Below are positions 46,612 to 57,260 of a DNA stretch of 64,000 bases, piece after piece. The translations under genes were made by a program, and so were the position numbers. The DNA is taken from NCBI GenBank assembly GCA_041891055.1, contig CP169074.1, positions 1,824,001-1,888,000 on the forward strand, in the 5' to 3' direction. The DNA is from Halorutilales archaeon Cl-col2-1 (GTDB taxonomy: Archaea > Halobacteriota > Halobacteria > Halobacteriales > Afararchaeaceae). Below the pieces are notes generated by a model. It worked only from the letters and a program-made list of their open reading frames with translations, ran no database searches and was not told the DNA's origin. Each line of letters begins with the position of its first letter. Position 1 is the stretch's first letter.

Positions 46612-47820
46612 TCACGTCGTGACATTCACGTCGTAGCCCTCTCTTTCGAGGCTTCTGACTATCCTGTTGGCGTGTTCCCTGCTTCTCGTCTCTAACTCGA
46701 ACTCGACCTCCGCGGCGTTGAGAGCGACGTCCTTCGCCGTCCTGTCATGGTGTATCGCGTATATGTTGGCGTTCATGTTGGAGATACGGCTGGCTATGTC
46801 GACGAGTGCGCCCGGTTTGTCGTCGAGTACCGTTGTGAACTTGAGATACCGTCCCTCGTTGACGAGACCCCTGTTTATGACCTGGGACAGAGTGTTGCCG
46901 TCTATGTTTCCGCCGCTGAGGACACAGACGACCTTCTCGTCACCCGTCTCGACTTTCGGGCTCAGAGCCGCGGCGACGGTAGCCGCGCCCGCACCCTCGA
47001 CTACGGTCTTGTCACGCTCCAGAAGAAGAAGTATTGCGTTGGCTATCTCGTCGTCGGAGACCGTCACGACCTCGTCGACGTTCTCCTGTATCACCTCGAA
47101 GGTCGACTCCGCAATCGACCTCGTGGCTATCCCGTCGGCTATAGTTGAGACGCCCTCCCTCTCATATATCTCTCCCTTCTCTAAGCTCTGTCGGACGCTC
47201 GCCGCTCCCTCCGCCTGAACACCTATCACGCGCGTGTCGGGGCTCCTCGCCTTTACTGCGGTCGAGATTCCCGAGATCAGACCTCCGCCTCCTATCGAGA
47301 CTATCACCGTATCGGCATCGGGGAGGTCGTCGAGTATCTCTAGTCCTATAGTGCCCTGACCTGCCTGTATATACGTGTCGTCGAAGGGATGGACGAATGT
47401 TCCGCCGTCGTTCCTCTGTATCTCCCTCGCCTTCTCGTACGCCTCGGAGTAATCGACCCCAGAGAGGACGACTGTCGCGCCGTACTCACGCGTCGCCTGT
47501 ACCTTTGAGATAGGAGCGTCCTCGGGCATCACTATGGTCGACTCTATCCCCGCCTCTGTTGCGGCGAGAGCGACGCCCTGTGCGTGGTTTCCTGCGCTCG
47601 CGGCTATGACCCCCTTAGCGCGTTCTTCTTCGCTGAGGTTCTGTATCCTGTTGTAGGCGCCGCGTATCTTGAACGCACCCGTCCTCTGGCGGTTCTCGTA
47701 CTTAAAGTACACTTCGGAGTCGGTGATGTCGCTGAAGGTTCGAGATGAGTTGAGAGGAGTGTGGCGCGCGACCCCTTCGAGCTCTTCGCGCGCATCTTCT
47801 ATGTCGTCTATGTCTATCAT
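46612..47820 (-). CDS. ilvA: threonine ammonia-lyase
   Basis: FKIRGA, SAGNHAQG, GGGGL, SGGN, ACT domain. Confidence 0.95.
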   Translation of the reverse strand: MIDIDDIEDAREELEGVARHTPLNSSRTFSDITDSEVYFKYENRQRTGAFKIRGAYNRIQNLSEEERAKGVIAASAGNHAQGVALAATEAGIESTIVMPEDAPISKVQATREYGATVVLSGVDYSEAYEKAREIQRNDGGTFVHPFDDTYIQAGQGTIGLEILDDLPDADTVIVSIGGGGLISGISTAVKARSPDTRVIGVQAEGAASVRQSLEKGEIYEREGVSTIADGIATRSIAESTFEVIQENVDEVVTVSDDEIANAILLLLERDKTVVEGAGAATVAAALSPKVETGDEKVVCVLSGGNIDGNTLSQVINRGLVNEGRYLKFTTVLDDKPGALVDIASRISNMNANIYAIHHDRTAKDVALNAAEVEFELETRSREHANRIVRSLEREGYDVNVTT

Positions 47821-47904
47821 ACTTACTTGAGGCTCTGTAAGGCTTTTATTGGTGACGGTTGGGCTTCCGATACAGTAAAGTCGTCGTTTCGTGTTTCTTT
47901 AAAC

Positions 47905-48807
47905 ATGACAGTAGACTCTGTCTCCGGATGTGACGGTATCTATATAGTCGACTTCAAGATGCTCGGACACGATGACCACGGCGCAGTCTATATCGTCGAC
48001 GACGAAGAGACTGCTATAGTTGACACCGGAATGTCGCCCGGGGTCGACCATATCTACGACGCACTCGATGAAGTCGAAATCGAGAAGAACAACGTAGACT
48101 ACATCATACCGACACACGTCCATCTCGACCACGGTGGCGGCACGGGATTCTTAGCCGACGAGTGTGAGAACGCCGAGGTCGTCGCCCACGAGAACGCAGT
48201 ACCCTACCTCTCCGACTCCGACAAGATAGAAAAGCTCGTCACGAGTGTCAAACGTGCCGTCGGAGATATGGCTGACGGCTACGGTACCGCGAAGCCAGTC
48301 GACAGGGACAGGATAAGAGCCGTCGACGACGGTGACGTGGTCGATCTCGGCGGACGCCAACTCGAAGTCCTACATGCTCCGGGACACGCGCCCCACCAGA
48401 TCTGTCTCTTCGACACCCACGACGAAGCGATCTTCACCGCCGACGAGGCGGGTATGAACATAGCCGGCGAGCTTAAGCCTACGACTCCACCCCCTAACTT
48501 CGACCTCGAAAAGAACCTCGACAGCTTAGAGCGGTTCAAGGATCTAGATCCCGAGGTTCTCCTCTACGGACATTACGGCGCGAGACACGACGCAGTCGAG
48601 TCTTTAGAAGAGTACTCTGAGATTCTGAGGGACTGGGTCGACGAGGTCGAGGAAGTACGCGAGAACTACGAGACCGACGACGAGGTCGTCGACCATTTCG
48701 TCGAGTCCGACCATCTCTACTACGACGTCTGGGACGAGGAGTCGGCGTCTGAGACGATAAGGATGGACGTCGAGGGGGTTCTTCTCTACCTAGACAGGCA
48801 GGACTGA
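47905..48807 (+). CDS. MBL-fold metallohydrolase
   Basis: THVHLDHGGG, PGHAPH, YGH. Confidence 0.9.
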   Translation: MTVDSVSGCDGIYIVDFKMLGHDDHGAVYIVDDEETAIVDTGMSPGVDHIYDALDEVEIEKNNVDYIIPTHVHLDHGGGTGFLADECENAEVVAHENAVPYLSDSDKIEKLVTSVKRAVGDMADGYGTAKPVDRDRIRAVDDGDVVDLGGRQLEVLHAPGHAPHQICLFDTHDEAIFTADEAGMNIAGELKPTTPPPNFDLEKNLDSLERFKDLDPEVLLYGHYGARHDAVESLEEYSEILRDWVDEVEEVRENYETDDEVVDHFVESDHLYYDVWDEESASETIRMDVEGVLLYLDRQD

Positions 48808-48828
48808 ACGGCGACAGGGATCGCAGCC

Positions 48829-49839
48829 TCAGATTCTCTGCTGTAGCTCGGGGTCTACGTTCCCGTTTCCGAACTCGTACTCGTCGTCTGTCTCCGACTC
48901 CTCCTTCGCTCTCTCGACGTACGGCTCGAATACCTTCTTGAAGCTGACTTCGAGGAACATTCTCTCGTCGGTGGGTCGCAGGACGTTGCCCGTCTCTGTC
49001 TCCTTGTGGACGACGTACTTGTGTACGTTGACCCTACCGGCGTGGCGGAGATCGTCCTTCTCGGAGGTAATCTCGAAGAGCATCCTCCCGTCTCCGTTGT
49101 ACTTCATCTTGACGTCGACGTGTCCCGTGTAGATACGGATGGGAGTTGGAGGACGGTAACGTGAGAAGTACATCTCCTCACCGCGTTTGGCTCCGACCTC
49201 GCGGAAGCCGAGACCCGCGAGTGCCGAGTTACACAGTCTCTCGAAGTAGTCGGCTTCGGGGTTACCCGCACCCGCGGCGGAGGTCGCTGCCTCCGTTGGC
49301 GTCTCCGGGGCTGAGTCGGAAGCTGAGTCCGTGACTGAGACCGTCTCGGCAGCTCCGGAGTCTGTCTTCATGTCCATATCCGGGCTTGGTTCTGTCTGTG
49401 CCCCGCCCGATTCCTCCGTCTCGGAGCCGAAGCTGAAGTCGGGGTCATCTTCCTGACCCGTGTCGTCGTACTCCTGCTTTATCTCATCGAAGCTCTTGCC
49501 GGGCTGTGTAGCCTCCTCTATATCCTTATCCGGCTTAGAGACCGAGGATGTGGAAGAAGTAGCCTCGCTCTCCATATCCGGCTCCGTGTCGTCTGACTCG
49601 TCGAAATCAAAGCTATCGTCCGCGTCTTCCATACCCATTTCGTCCGACTCGTCGAATCCGAAGTCGTCGGATCCTGAGTCGTCGAACTCCATCTCGTCCG
49701 AGTCGCCCGTCTCCATCTCCTCGGAGGCTTCATCGTCGGAACTCGGAGTCTCGTCGGGATCCTCGGACTCCCAGTCGTCCTCCCATTCACCCCCGTTCTC
49801 CTCGTACTCCTCCTTTAGCTCCTTGAAGCTCTTGTCCAT
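48829..49839 (-). CDS. hypothetical protein with a long acidic disordered N-terminus
   Basis: 336-aa ORF, globular C-terminal third. Confidence 0.75.
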   Translation of the reverse strand: MDKSFKELKEEYEENGGEWEDDWESEDPDETPSSDDEASEEMETGDSDEMEFDDSGSDDFGFDESDEMGMEDADDSFDFDESDDTEPDMESEATSSTSSVSKPDKDIEEATQPGKSFDEIKQEYDDTGQEDDPDFSFGSETEESGGAQTEPSPDMDMKTDSGAAETVSVTDSASDSAPETPTEAATSAAGAGNPEADYFERLCNSALAGLGFREVGAKRGEEMYFSRYRPPTPIRIYTGHVDVKMKYNGDGRMLFEITSEKDDLRHAGRVNVHKYVVHKETETGNVLRPTDERMFLEVSFKKVFEPYVERAKEESETDDEYEFGNGNVDPELQQRI

Positions 49840-49889
49840 CTTGTCTCGGTCTCTCTACGGCTCTTCCTAAATTAACTTTTGGGGCTACG

Positions 49890-50660
49890 TTAACCCGTGG
49901 CGTTGTAGACGACGTCGACGTTCGCGGTTACGGTCACGGGACCCGACTCTAACGTAGTGCTCGCACCTCCTGCGTCGCCGCCCGACTGAAGCATCATGCT
50001 TTCTCTAGGAATGAATCTAGACTCCGACGTTCTCACCGAATGCACGCCTGTAATGGAGATCTCGCCTGCGTCTGCTAACGTCTCAGCCTGGGACTGCGCG
50101 TTCTCCATAGCCTCTGTCAGAGCCTCGTTTCTGACAGTTCTCCTCGTTGAGTCCGATAACGTGTACCTCGCTCCGTCGATGTCGGTCGCGCCGTTGTCGA
50201 CGGCTGTGTCTATGACCTCGCCGACTGCGTCGAGGTCGGACATCTCTATCTCGAAGCCGTGTCTAGCGTAGTACTCCGTCTCGGGCTCGTCAGTCTTCTC
50301 CCGAGGTGGGACTACGCGCGGTGTTCTCTCGTCTATCCGGTAGTCAGTCGTACGTATCTGGTCGTCTTCTATTCCTATCTCCCTCAGAGCCTCCCTCATA
50401 CTCGTGACGTTCTCGGCGAGTCTGTCACGCGCGGTCTGTGAGTCGTCCGCCCTGGCGACAGATGAGACTCTAAGTACCGCCTTGTCGGGCTGCGCGTCTA
50501 CCTCACCCGTTGCCGAGACTGAGACTGTCTTACCCGAACTAGGCTGTGTCTGTGCCGACGCTTTAGTCGAACTCTGGTTCACCACGAGTGCCCCCGAGAC
50601 GAGGAGAGCACTCACCAACACGACCCCTGCTAAGTATCTGTAGCTTCGTGACTGTGACAT
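49890..50660 (-). CDS. SIMPL (DUF541) protein
   Basis: Signal peptide, VSATGEV...PD.A, ID.AV..GA, A...A..LA. Confidence 0.9.
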   Translation of the reverse strand: MSQSRSYRYLAGVVLVSALLVSGALVVNQSSTKASAQTQPSSGKTVSVSATGEVDAQPDKAVLRVSSVARADDSQTARDRLAENVTSMREALREIGIEDDQIRTTDYRIDERTPRVVPPREKTDEPETEYYARHGFEIEMSDLDAVGEVIDTAVDNGATDIDGARYTLSDSTRRTVRNEALTEAMENAQSQAETLADAGEISITGVHSVRTSESRFIPRESMMLQSGGDAGGASTTLESGPVTVTANVDVVYNATG

Positions 50661-50729
50661 ACAGATCTACATCACGCCACGAACCTATATACCTGACCTA
50701 GGCTAAAACAGACGTTTGACTCTTATACT

Positions 50730-52178
50730 CTACTCAGCTTCGGCGATACTGTCGAGCTTCTCTCTCAGAGTCTCGTTGACTGTCCCGGGGTCGGCGCTTC
50801 CCCCCGTCTTCTGCATCACCTGTCCGACGAGGAAGTTGAGGGCGTCGTCCTCGCCCGAGACGTAGTCATCGACTGCGTCGGGGTTGTCGTCTATCGCCTC
50901 CTCGACCGCCTCGACAGTGACGTCCTCGCCCGCCTTCTTCATATCCCTCTCCTCGACTATCTCGACGGGATCACGTCCCTCGTCGAGTGCGTCACGCAGA
51001 GCCTCGACGGCGTTTCTGTCGGTGATCTCGTCCTCGTCGACCATCTCGACGAGTCCCACGAACTCCGAGACGTCGACCTCGTCTACTGTCATGTCCCTGT
51101 AGTTGAGCTCACCCAGGAGTTCGTCGGCGACCCAGGTCGAGGCGACGTCGTAGCTGACCTCCTCGGCGACAGTCTCGTAGAAGTCGGCGACCGCCTTCTT
51201 CGAGGTGAGCTTCTCGGCGACCTCGTCGGAGACGTCGTACTCGTCTATGAATCTCTCACGGCGGGCGTCGGGAAGCTCAGGTATGCCGATCTCGCCCTTG
51301 AACTCCTCGACGCGCACGACTGGAATGTCAGCCTCCTCGAAGTAACGGTAGTCGTGTTCCTCCGCCTTCTCCCTCAGAGTAACCGTGATTCCTCTGTCGT
51401 CGTCGTAATGGCGTGTCTCCTGTCTGATCTCCGCGCCCCTCTTTATCTGGTTCTTCTGACGCGTGATCTCGTATGCGAGAGCCTTCTCGACCCCTTTCGT
51501 CGATCCTATGTTCTTTATCTCAGTCCTGTTCCCGCCCTCGCCGTCGACCTCGATCGAGACGTTGGCGTCGACCCTTATCGTACCTCCCTCTTCAGTGTCG
51601 AAGACGTCGAGGTACTCCAGTATCTCACGTAGCTTGTCGACGAAGCCTCTCGCCTCCTCGGGGGTTTCGAGGTCGGGCTCAGTGACTATCTCCATAAGGG
51701 GAGTACCCGACCTGTTGTAGTCGACGAGTGTGTGGCTCGCCGACTCTATCGAGCCTCCCTTGTGGACGAGAGAGCCGGGGTCTTCCTCCATGTGGGCGCG
51801 GCGTATACGTACCTCCTTCTCGTCGTCTCCGACCCTCAGATCGACAGAGCCGTCCTGGTTTATCGGAGCGTCGTACTGTGTGATCTGGAAGTTCTTCGGG
51901 AGGTCGGGGTAGAAGTAGTTCTTCCTGTGGAAACGCGTCTCGTCGGCTATCTCGCAGTCGAGTGCCTTTCCGACCATGACGGCGTACTCGACAGCCTTCT
52001 GGTTGACGACGGGAAGTGATCCGGGGAGTCCGAGACAGACGGGACACGTATGTGTGTTCGGCTCGGCGTTCTCGTAGTCGGTCGAACAGCCGCAGAACAT
52101 CTTCGTCTGGGTGTCGAGCTGAACGTGAATTTCGAGTCCTATCGTGACGTCGAGACTCTCCCCGGGTTTAGCGCTCAT
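50730..52178 (-). CDS. gatB: Asp/Glu-tRNA amidotransferase subunit B
   Basis: IGLEIHVQL, RKNYFYPDLPK, DYNRSGTPLMEIVTEP. Confidence 0.97.
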   Translation of the reverse strand: MSAKPGESLDVTIGLEIHVQLDTQTKMFCGCSTDYENAEPNTHTCPVCLGLPGSLPVVNQKAVEYAVMVGKALDCEIADETRFHRKNYFYPDLPKNFQITQYDAPINQDGSVDLRVGDDEKEVRIRRAHMEEDPGSLVHKGGSIESASHTLVDYNRSGTPLMEIVTEPDLETPEEARGFVDKLREILEYLDVFDTEEGGTIRVDANVSIEVDGEGGNRTEIKNIGSTKGVEKALAYEITRQKNQIKRGAEIRQETRHYDDDRGITVTLREKAEEHDYRYFEEADIPVVRVEEFKGEIGIPELPDARRERFIDEYDVSDEVAEKLTSKKAVADFYETVAEEVSYDVASTWVADELLGELNYRDMTVDEVDVSEFVGLVEMVDEDEITDRNAVEALRDALDEGRDPVEIVEERDMKKAGEDVTVEAVEEAIDDNPDAVDDYVSGEDDALNFLVGQVMQKTGGSADPGTVNETLREKLDSIAEAE

Positions 52179-52247
52179 CGGGTCAAGATTGACCAGATAC
52201 GTATAAAAGACTGTTGCTACTCCTACTCTCGTCGAGTGACGTGGCTT

Positions 52248-53849
52248 CTAATCTTCATCCTCGCCAGTGCCGACCTCCGTGACCGTTCCCACACCCTTGC
52301 TCTTGCCCTCACGGAAGACGAACCTCTGCCCCTCTTTCACCATGTAGGGTCGGAACTTGAACCTCAGCTTAGCCTTTCCTTCTTGACCCGGGAGGAGATG
52401 TCCGCCCTCGGGCTCGAAGACGGCGGCTTCGGAGACTGTTTCGAGATGTACGACGGGCTCGTATCCCTCCCTTATACGTGTGGGATGGTTGAGTACCATG
52501 ACCTCCGCCTCGAACTCACGTACGCTCTCGGCGTCGGGGTCGGAGGTCAGAGCCATTCCGCGGCTTATCTCGACCTCGTCGACCTCCTTGCCCTTGAGAG
52601 CCACGCCGACTATGTTTCCGGGCTTTGCCTTCTCGACCCTGTGGTAATGCATCTCTATGCTCCTGACCTCTGCGCGCCGGAAGTCGCCGTCCGACGTCGG
52701 ACCCAGGTAGACCTCGTCGCCGACCTCGACCTCGCCCTGCTTGACGGTACCGCTCGCCACGGTTCCGACCCCCGTGACCTCGTAAGTTCTGTCTATGTAC
52801 ATCTCGAACTTCTCGTCGCTCTCGATCTCGCCGTGTGTCTTCGGAAGCTCCCTGAATATCTCATCGAGAGTGTCGAGACCTTCCATGCTCACCGCACTCG
52901 TTCTCACTATCGGGACTATCACACCGCGTGGCAGACGGTCTACGGCGGTCTCAACACCCCTGTCCTCGACGCTGTGAGGTATCTTTCCGACGTTCTTGAG
53001 GAGTTCGGCGACTTCGTCCTCGACCTCTTCGATCCTGTCGTCTGAGACGAGATCTGACTTCGTGACTGCGACTATTGTCGGAAGGTCGGCGGCGAGAAGA
53101 ATCCCGAGGTGCTCGCGCGTTATATGTGTGGGACCGTCGTCTGCGGCGACTGTGACGAGTCCGTAGTCGAGCTTCTGACCCATTATTCCTCTTATAGTCG
53201 TCTTGAGCCACGGCTCGTGTCCGACGGTGTCGACGAAGCTCACGAGCTTCTCGGAGTTCTCGACGACGCTAGACCTCTCGCGTTTCGAGAGCGGGTTGTT
53301 CATCCTCACCGGCTCCTCTGACCCCGACTCGAAGCCGTAGACTCCGTAGCTCAGATCCGCCGAGAGACCCCTGTCCATCTCGTGAGGCTGGACGTCGAGG
53401 TAGACACGTGTGCTCCCGTCTCCGTCGTCGGGTGTTCCCGTCACTAAGCTCCCGACGAGTGTCGACTTGCCGTGGTCGACGTGTCCCGCGGTTCCGACGA
53501 CTAAGTGGTCTTTGTCCTCGTATGCGTTCGTGATACTAACGACGGCGACCTCCCCGGTTCCGACGTCGTGAGTCTCGACTTCACGTAGGGCGGCGTCTGC
53601 CTCTCCGGCTATCACAGACAGAACACTTATGCTCTCGTCGAGCTCTTCGTCGCTGATTCCTTCGAGACCTCCGTCGTCGGTCACACCCACGACGTAAGTA
53701 GCCGATCCTCCCCCCGTGAGGATACGGTGTTTCATCTGTGCAGCAAGAGATTCGAGACGCCCGGATTCGAGGTGAGTCTGTCTTTCGAGCCTTTCCTTGA
53801 ACTCTATGTTCTCACGCTCGCCGTCCTCGACGAGCCGGGCTAACTCCAT
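52248..53849 (-). CDS. GTPBP1-family translational GTPase
   Basis: GHVDHGKST, DTVGHE, TKSD, EF-Tu-like domains II/III. Confidence 0.9.
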   Translation of the reverse strand: MELARLVEDGERENIEFKERLERQTHLESGRLESLAAQMKHRILTGGGSATYVVGVTDDGGLEGISDEELDESISVLSVIAGEADAALREVETHDVGTGEVAVVSITNAYEDKDHLVVGTAGHVDHGKSTLVGSLVTGTPDDGDGSTRVYLDVQPHEMDRGLSADLSYGVYGFESGSEEPVRMNNPLSKRERSSVVENSEKLVSFVDTVGHEPWLKTTIRGIMGQKLDYGLVTVAADDGPTHITREHLGILLAADLPTIVAVTKSDLVSDDRIEEVEDEVAELLKNVGKIPHSVEDRGVETAVDRLPRGVIVPIVRTSAVSMEGLDTLDEIFRELPKTHGEIESDEKFEMYIDRTYEVTGVGTVASGTVKQGEVEVGDEVYLGPTSDGDFRRAEVRSIEMHYHRVEKAKPGNIVGVALKGKEVDEVEISRGMALTSDPDAESVREFEAEVMVLNHPTRIREGYEPVVHLETVSEAAVFEPEGGHLLPGQEGKAKLRFKFRPYMVKEGQRFVFREGKSKGVGTVTEVGTGEDED

Positions 53850-53887
53850 ACACTACGTTTGTGTGGTGGTAACAAAAGTCTTCCCCC

Positions 53888-54283
53888 CTAACCGACCTCG
53901 TAACTCCTTATCGTGCTGTTCGACCCGTCGTACTCGCCGACTACTGTGACTGTGGTTCCCGAGTCTGGGTTTAGGTTTATCGTATCGCCGATGTCGCTAC
54001 TCCCGACCGGAGCCCACGTACTGTCTATTTTCGATTTGTCACTTCCAGTATACCTCACGTATATCCTGTCCGCCCTCGGTGCCGTGATAAGTGTGATATT
54101 CACGCTGCCTCCTCTCTCCTCTATCGCTACACCCGCCTGAGCGTTCTGGTTGACCTCACCTCCTAGGTTCATAAACGTAACCCCGGCTACCGCGGCTATT
54201 ATCACCGTGATAGCTACCATGAGTACCACGCCTATGACGGGTGAGACACCTCTGTCTTGCTTCAGTCTGCGCCTCCGTATCAT
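53888..54283 (-). CDS. archaeal type IV pilin
   Basis: Class III signal RG|VSPVIGVVLMVAITV. Confidence 0.9.
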   Translation of the reverse strand: MIRRRRLKQDRGVSPVIGVVLMVAITVIIAAVAGVTFMNLGGEVNQNAQAGVAIEERGGSVNITLITAPRADRIYVRYTGSDKSKIDSTWAPVGSSDIGDTINLNPDSGTTVTVVGEYDGSNSTIRSYEVG

Positions 54284-54384
54284 TCCCCAAACTTACACAG
54301 TAATTATGTATAAATCTGTCTCACTCACAGACGCACCGAGACACTTCGGCATATTTATGGGTTCAGCACCTCCTCTCAGAACTA

Positions 54385-55530
54385 ATGAGGCTACACGAAT
54401 ATCAGGCTAAGGAGATCTTCGCCGACGCGGGGATTCCGACGCCCGAAGGCGTCGTCGTCTCGACGCCCGAGGACGCGCGAGAAGCCGCCGACGAGATAGG
54501 AGGAACCGTCGCGGTCAAGGCACAGGTTCACGTAGGAGGACGTGGAAAGGCAGGCGGAATAAAGATAGCTTCGTCGCCCGACGAGGCTGAGGAAGCCGCC
54601 GACGAGATACTCGGGATGGATCTCAAGGGTCACACCGTCGAGGAGGTTCTCATCGAGGAAGGAGTCGACATCGAAGAGGAGTTCTACGTCGGGATCACGA
54701 TGGATCGCGGAGAGGGTCAGGGTGTCGCTATGGTCTCGTCGAAGGGCGGTGTCAACATAGAGGAGGTCGCCGAGGAGGAGCCCGAGGCGATAGCACAGAA
54801 CCACATCGATCCTGCCTACGGATTACAGGGATTCGAGGCTCGTGAGTGCGTCTACAACACCGACATACCCGACGAGGCGACGAGAGGCGTCTCGGCTGTA
54901 CTCTCGACACTCTACGAGATATGGGACGAGAACGACGCAGAGGACGCCGAGATAAACCCCCTGATGCTCACGGGAGACGGCGACCTGATCGCAGCCGACG
55001 CAGTTCTCAACATAGACGGATCGTCTCTCTACAGACACGAGGATCTCGCCGAACTCGAAGAGGAGTCCTTCGACGACGAGTTCGAGGCTAAGGCGAGCGA
55101 AGAGGGATTCGACTACGTCCGTCTCGACGGAAACGTCGGAATAATAGGAAACGGAGCGGGTCTCGTGATGACGACGCTCGACCTCGTAGACCACTTCGGA
55201 GGCAAGCCCGCCAACTTCCTCGACATAGGAGGGGGAGCGCGCGCGGATCGCGTCCAGTCGGCACTCGAACTCGTCTTCGACGACGAGAACGTCGACGCAG
55301 TCCTCTTCAACATCTTCGGAGGAATCACGAGATGTGACGAGGTCGCACAGGGAATAAACGAGGCTCTCGAAAGCTTCGACGAGCTTCCGAAGCCACTCGT
55401 CGTACGTCTCACGGGTACAAACGAGACCGAGGGAAGAGAGATCCTCACCGAGAGGGTCGAGACACGTGAGGAGCTTGAGGACGCCGTAAAGACAGCAGTT
55501 GAACTCGCCGAAACAGGAGGTGACCAGTAA
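54385..55530 (+). CDS. sucC: succinyl-CoA synthetase beta
   Basis: [32 protein letters not shown]. Confidence 0.97.
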   Translation: MRLHEYQAKEIFADAGIPTPEGVVVSTPEDAREAADEIGGTVAVKAQVHVGGRGKAGGIKIASSPDEAEEAADEILGMDLKGHTVEEVLIEEGVDIEEEFYVGITMDRGEGQGVAMVSSKGGVNIEEVAEEEPEAIAQNHIDPAYGLQGFEARECVYNTDIPDEATRGVSAVLSTLYEIWDENDAEDAEINPLMLTGDGDLIAADAVLNIDGSSLYRHEDLAELEEESFDDEFEAKASEEGFDYVRLDGNVGIIGNGAGLVMTTLDLVDHFGGKPANFLDIGGGARADRVQSALELVFDDENVDAVLFNIFGGITRCDEVAQGINEALESFDELPKPLVVRLTGTNETEGREILTERVETREELEDAVKTAVELAETGGDQ

Positions 55531-56396
55531 TGAGCGCACTAGTCGATGAAGACACGCGTGTGATAGTACAGGGAATAACCGGAAGCGAAGGTAAGTTCCA
55601 CGCCGAACAGATGATGGAGTACGGCACCAACGTAGTCGCTGGTGTCACTCCCGGAAAGGGCGGACAGGAGGAGCTCGGGGTTCCCGTCTACGACACGGTC
55701 AAGGAAGCCGCCGAGGAGGAAAACGCCAACACCTCGATAATCTTCGTTCCTCCCGCCTTCGCCGGAGACGCTGTGATGGAGAGTCTCGACGCTGACCTCG
55801 ACCTCTCGATAGCGATAACCGAGGGGATACCCGTCCACGACATGGTACGTGTCAACCGCCGTCTCCAGGAGGTTGACACACATCTCGTCGGACCCAACTG
55901 CCCCGGAGTCATAACCCCTGGTGAGTCGAAGGTCGGAATAATGCCCGGCAACATATTCGAGAGCGGCAAGGTGGGACTCGTCTCGCGCTCGGGTACTCTG
56001 ACCTACCAGATAGTCGACTCCCTCACGAGGAGAGGAATAGGACAGAGTACCGCTATAGGAATAGGCGGAGATCCTATAATAGGGACGTCTTTCACCGACG
56101 CTCTCCAGCATTTCGAGAACGACGACGAGACAGAGGCTGTCGCTCTCGTGGGTGAGATAGGAGGCTCCGACGAGGAGGAAGCCGCCGAGTGGGTTGACGA
56201 GAACATGTCGAAGCCAGTCGTCGGATTCATAGCAGGCAGGACAGCGCCTCCCGGCAAGCAGATGGGACACGCCGGAGCCATAGTCAGCGGAAGCTCCGGA
56301 ACTGCTGAGTCGAAGATCGCTGCGTTCGAGGAAGCAGGCATAGAGGTCGCCGACACTCCCGACGAGGTCGCTGACTCGATAGAAGAGATACTCTAA
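55530..56396 (+). CDS. sucD: succinyl-CoA synthetase alpha
   Basis: [25 protein letters not shown]. Confidence 0.97.
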   Translation: MSALVDEDTRVIVQGITGSEGKFHAEQMMEYGTNVVAGVTPGKGGQEELGVPVYDTVKEAAEEENANTSIIFVPPAFAGDAVMESLDADLDLSIAITEGIPVHDMVRVNRRLQEVDTHLVGPNCPGVITPGESKVGIMPGNIFESGKVGLVSRSGTLTYQIVDSLTRRGIGQSTAIGIGGDPIIGTSFTDALQHFENDDETEAVALVGEIGGSDEEEAAEWVDENMSKPVVGFIAGRTAPPGKQMGHAGAIVSGSSGTAESKIAAFEEAGIEVADTPDEVADSIEEIL

Positions 56397-56457
56397 ACAC
56401 AGAGTACACAGACTCGACTCACCACCTTTTTGGTGGTTGAGACTGGTATCCTAAGTA

Positions 56458-57195
56458 ATGCCGTTGGGAGACGCCCCCCAGACTTCCTACGACGACTCGG
56501 GTCTCCGTCTCAAGGTCGATCTTCACGTCCACTCCGACGCGTCACACGACGGACGCTCGTCTGTCGAGTCGATACTCGAACGCGCGAGTGAGATCGGACT
56601 AGACGCCGTAGCTATTACTGACCACGACAGTATCTCCGAGTCTCTCCGTGCTCACGAGATAGCCTCGGAGTACGACATCATAAGTATACCCGGTGTCGAG
56701 ATATCGACCTCTGACGGACATCTCCTCGCTCTCGGTATCGAGGATCTCCCCGAAATAGGGATGCCTATAGATGAGACGGTAGAGAGGGTACGTGACCTCG
56801 GAGGTCTCGCTGTCGTTCCTCATCCCTTCCAGAGGACTAGACACGGAGCGGGAAAGGTCGACGACTGCGACGCGATGGAGGTCTACAACTCACGTCTTCT
56901 CACCGGAAGGTCGAACAGGAAGGCGAGGAAGTACGCCGAGGCTAACGGCTTCACCCAGGTCGGCGGGAGTGACGCACACACCGTGAGCATGGTCGGGCGA
57001 ACCTACACCGAGATACTCACTACGATAGACTCTAAGATAGAGACGAGCGAAAACGTCGTCGACTCACTCAGACAGGGTGTCACGAGCATCCACGGAAAGA
57101 GGACACCGATACATCTGAGCGCGAGACAGATAGCCAAGGGTGGGAGTAAGAAGGCGGCGAAGTCGCTAAAGTCGGCTGTCTCGGGTCTTCTCTAA
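56458..57195 (+). CDS. PHP-domain phosphoesterase
   Basis: DLHVHS, ITDHD, PHP, GGSDAH. Confidence 0.9.
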   Translation: MPLGDAPQTSYDDSGLRLKVDLHVHSDASHDGRSSVESILERASEIGLDAVAITDHDSISESLRAHEIASEYDIISIPGVEISTSDGHLLALGIEDLPEIGMPIDETVERVRDLGGLAVVPHPFQRTRHGAGKVDDCDAMEVYNSRLLTGRSNRKARKYAEANGFTQVGGSDAHTVSMVGRTYTEILTTIDSKIETSENVVDSLRQGVTSIHGKRTPIHLSARQIAKGGSKKAAKSLKSAVSGLL

Positions 57196-57260
57196 GGAAA
57201 GGAAAGACAGCGAGAGTTCGATGACTCGCTGTACCCGTGCCCGTACGTGGGCATGGCTTC

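Noticed and set aside
52050-53045. Long antisense ORFs (this one, 54823-55539, 55539-56270, 60723-61550 and others)
   Set aside because: Shadow frames of well-supported genes, caused by GC-rich codon bias.
57207-57257. Two adjacent hairpins between the PHP gene and ftsY as another family unit
   Set aside because: Loops are 6-10 nt, and the TC start, GGCTC linker and AACG end are missing; more likely a terminator region between convergent genes.
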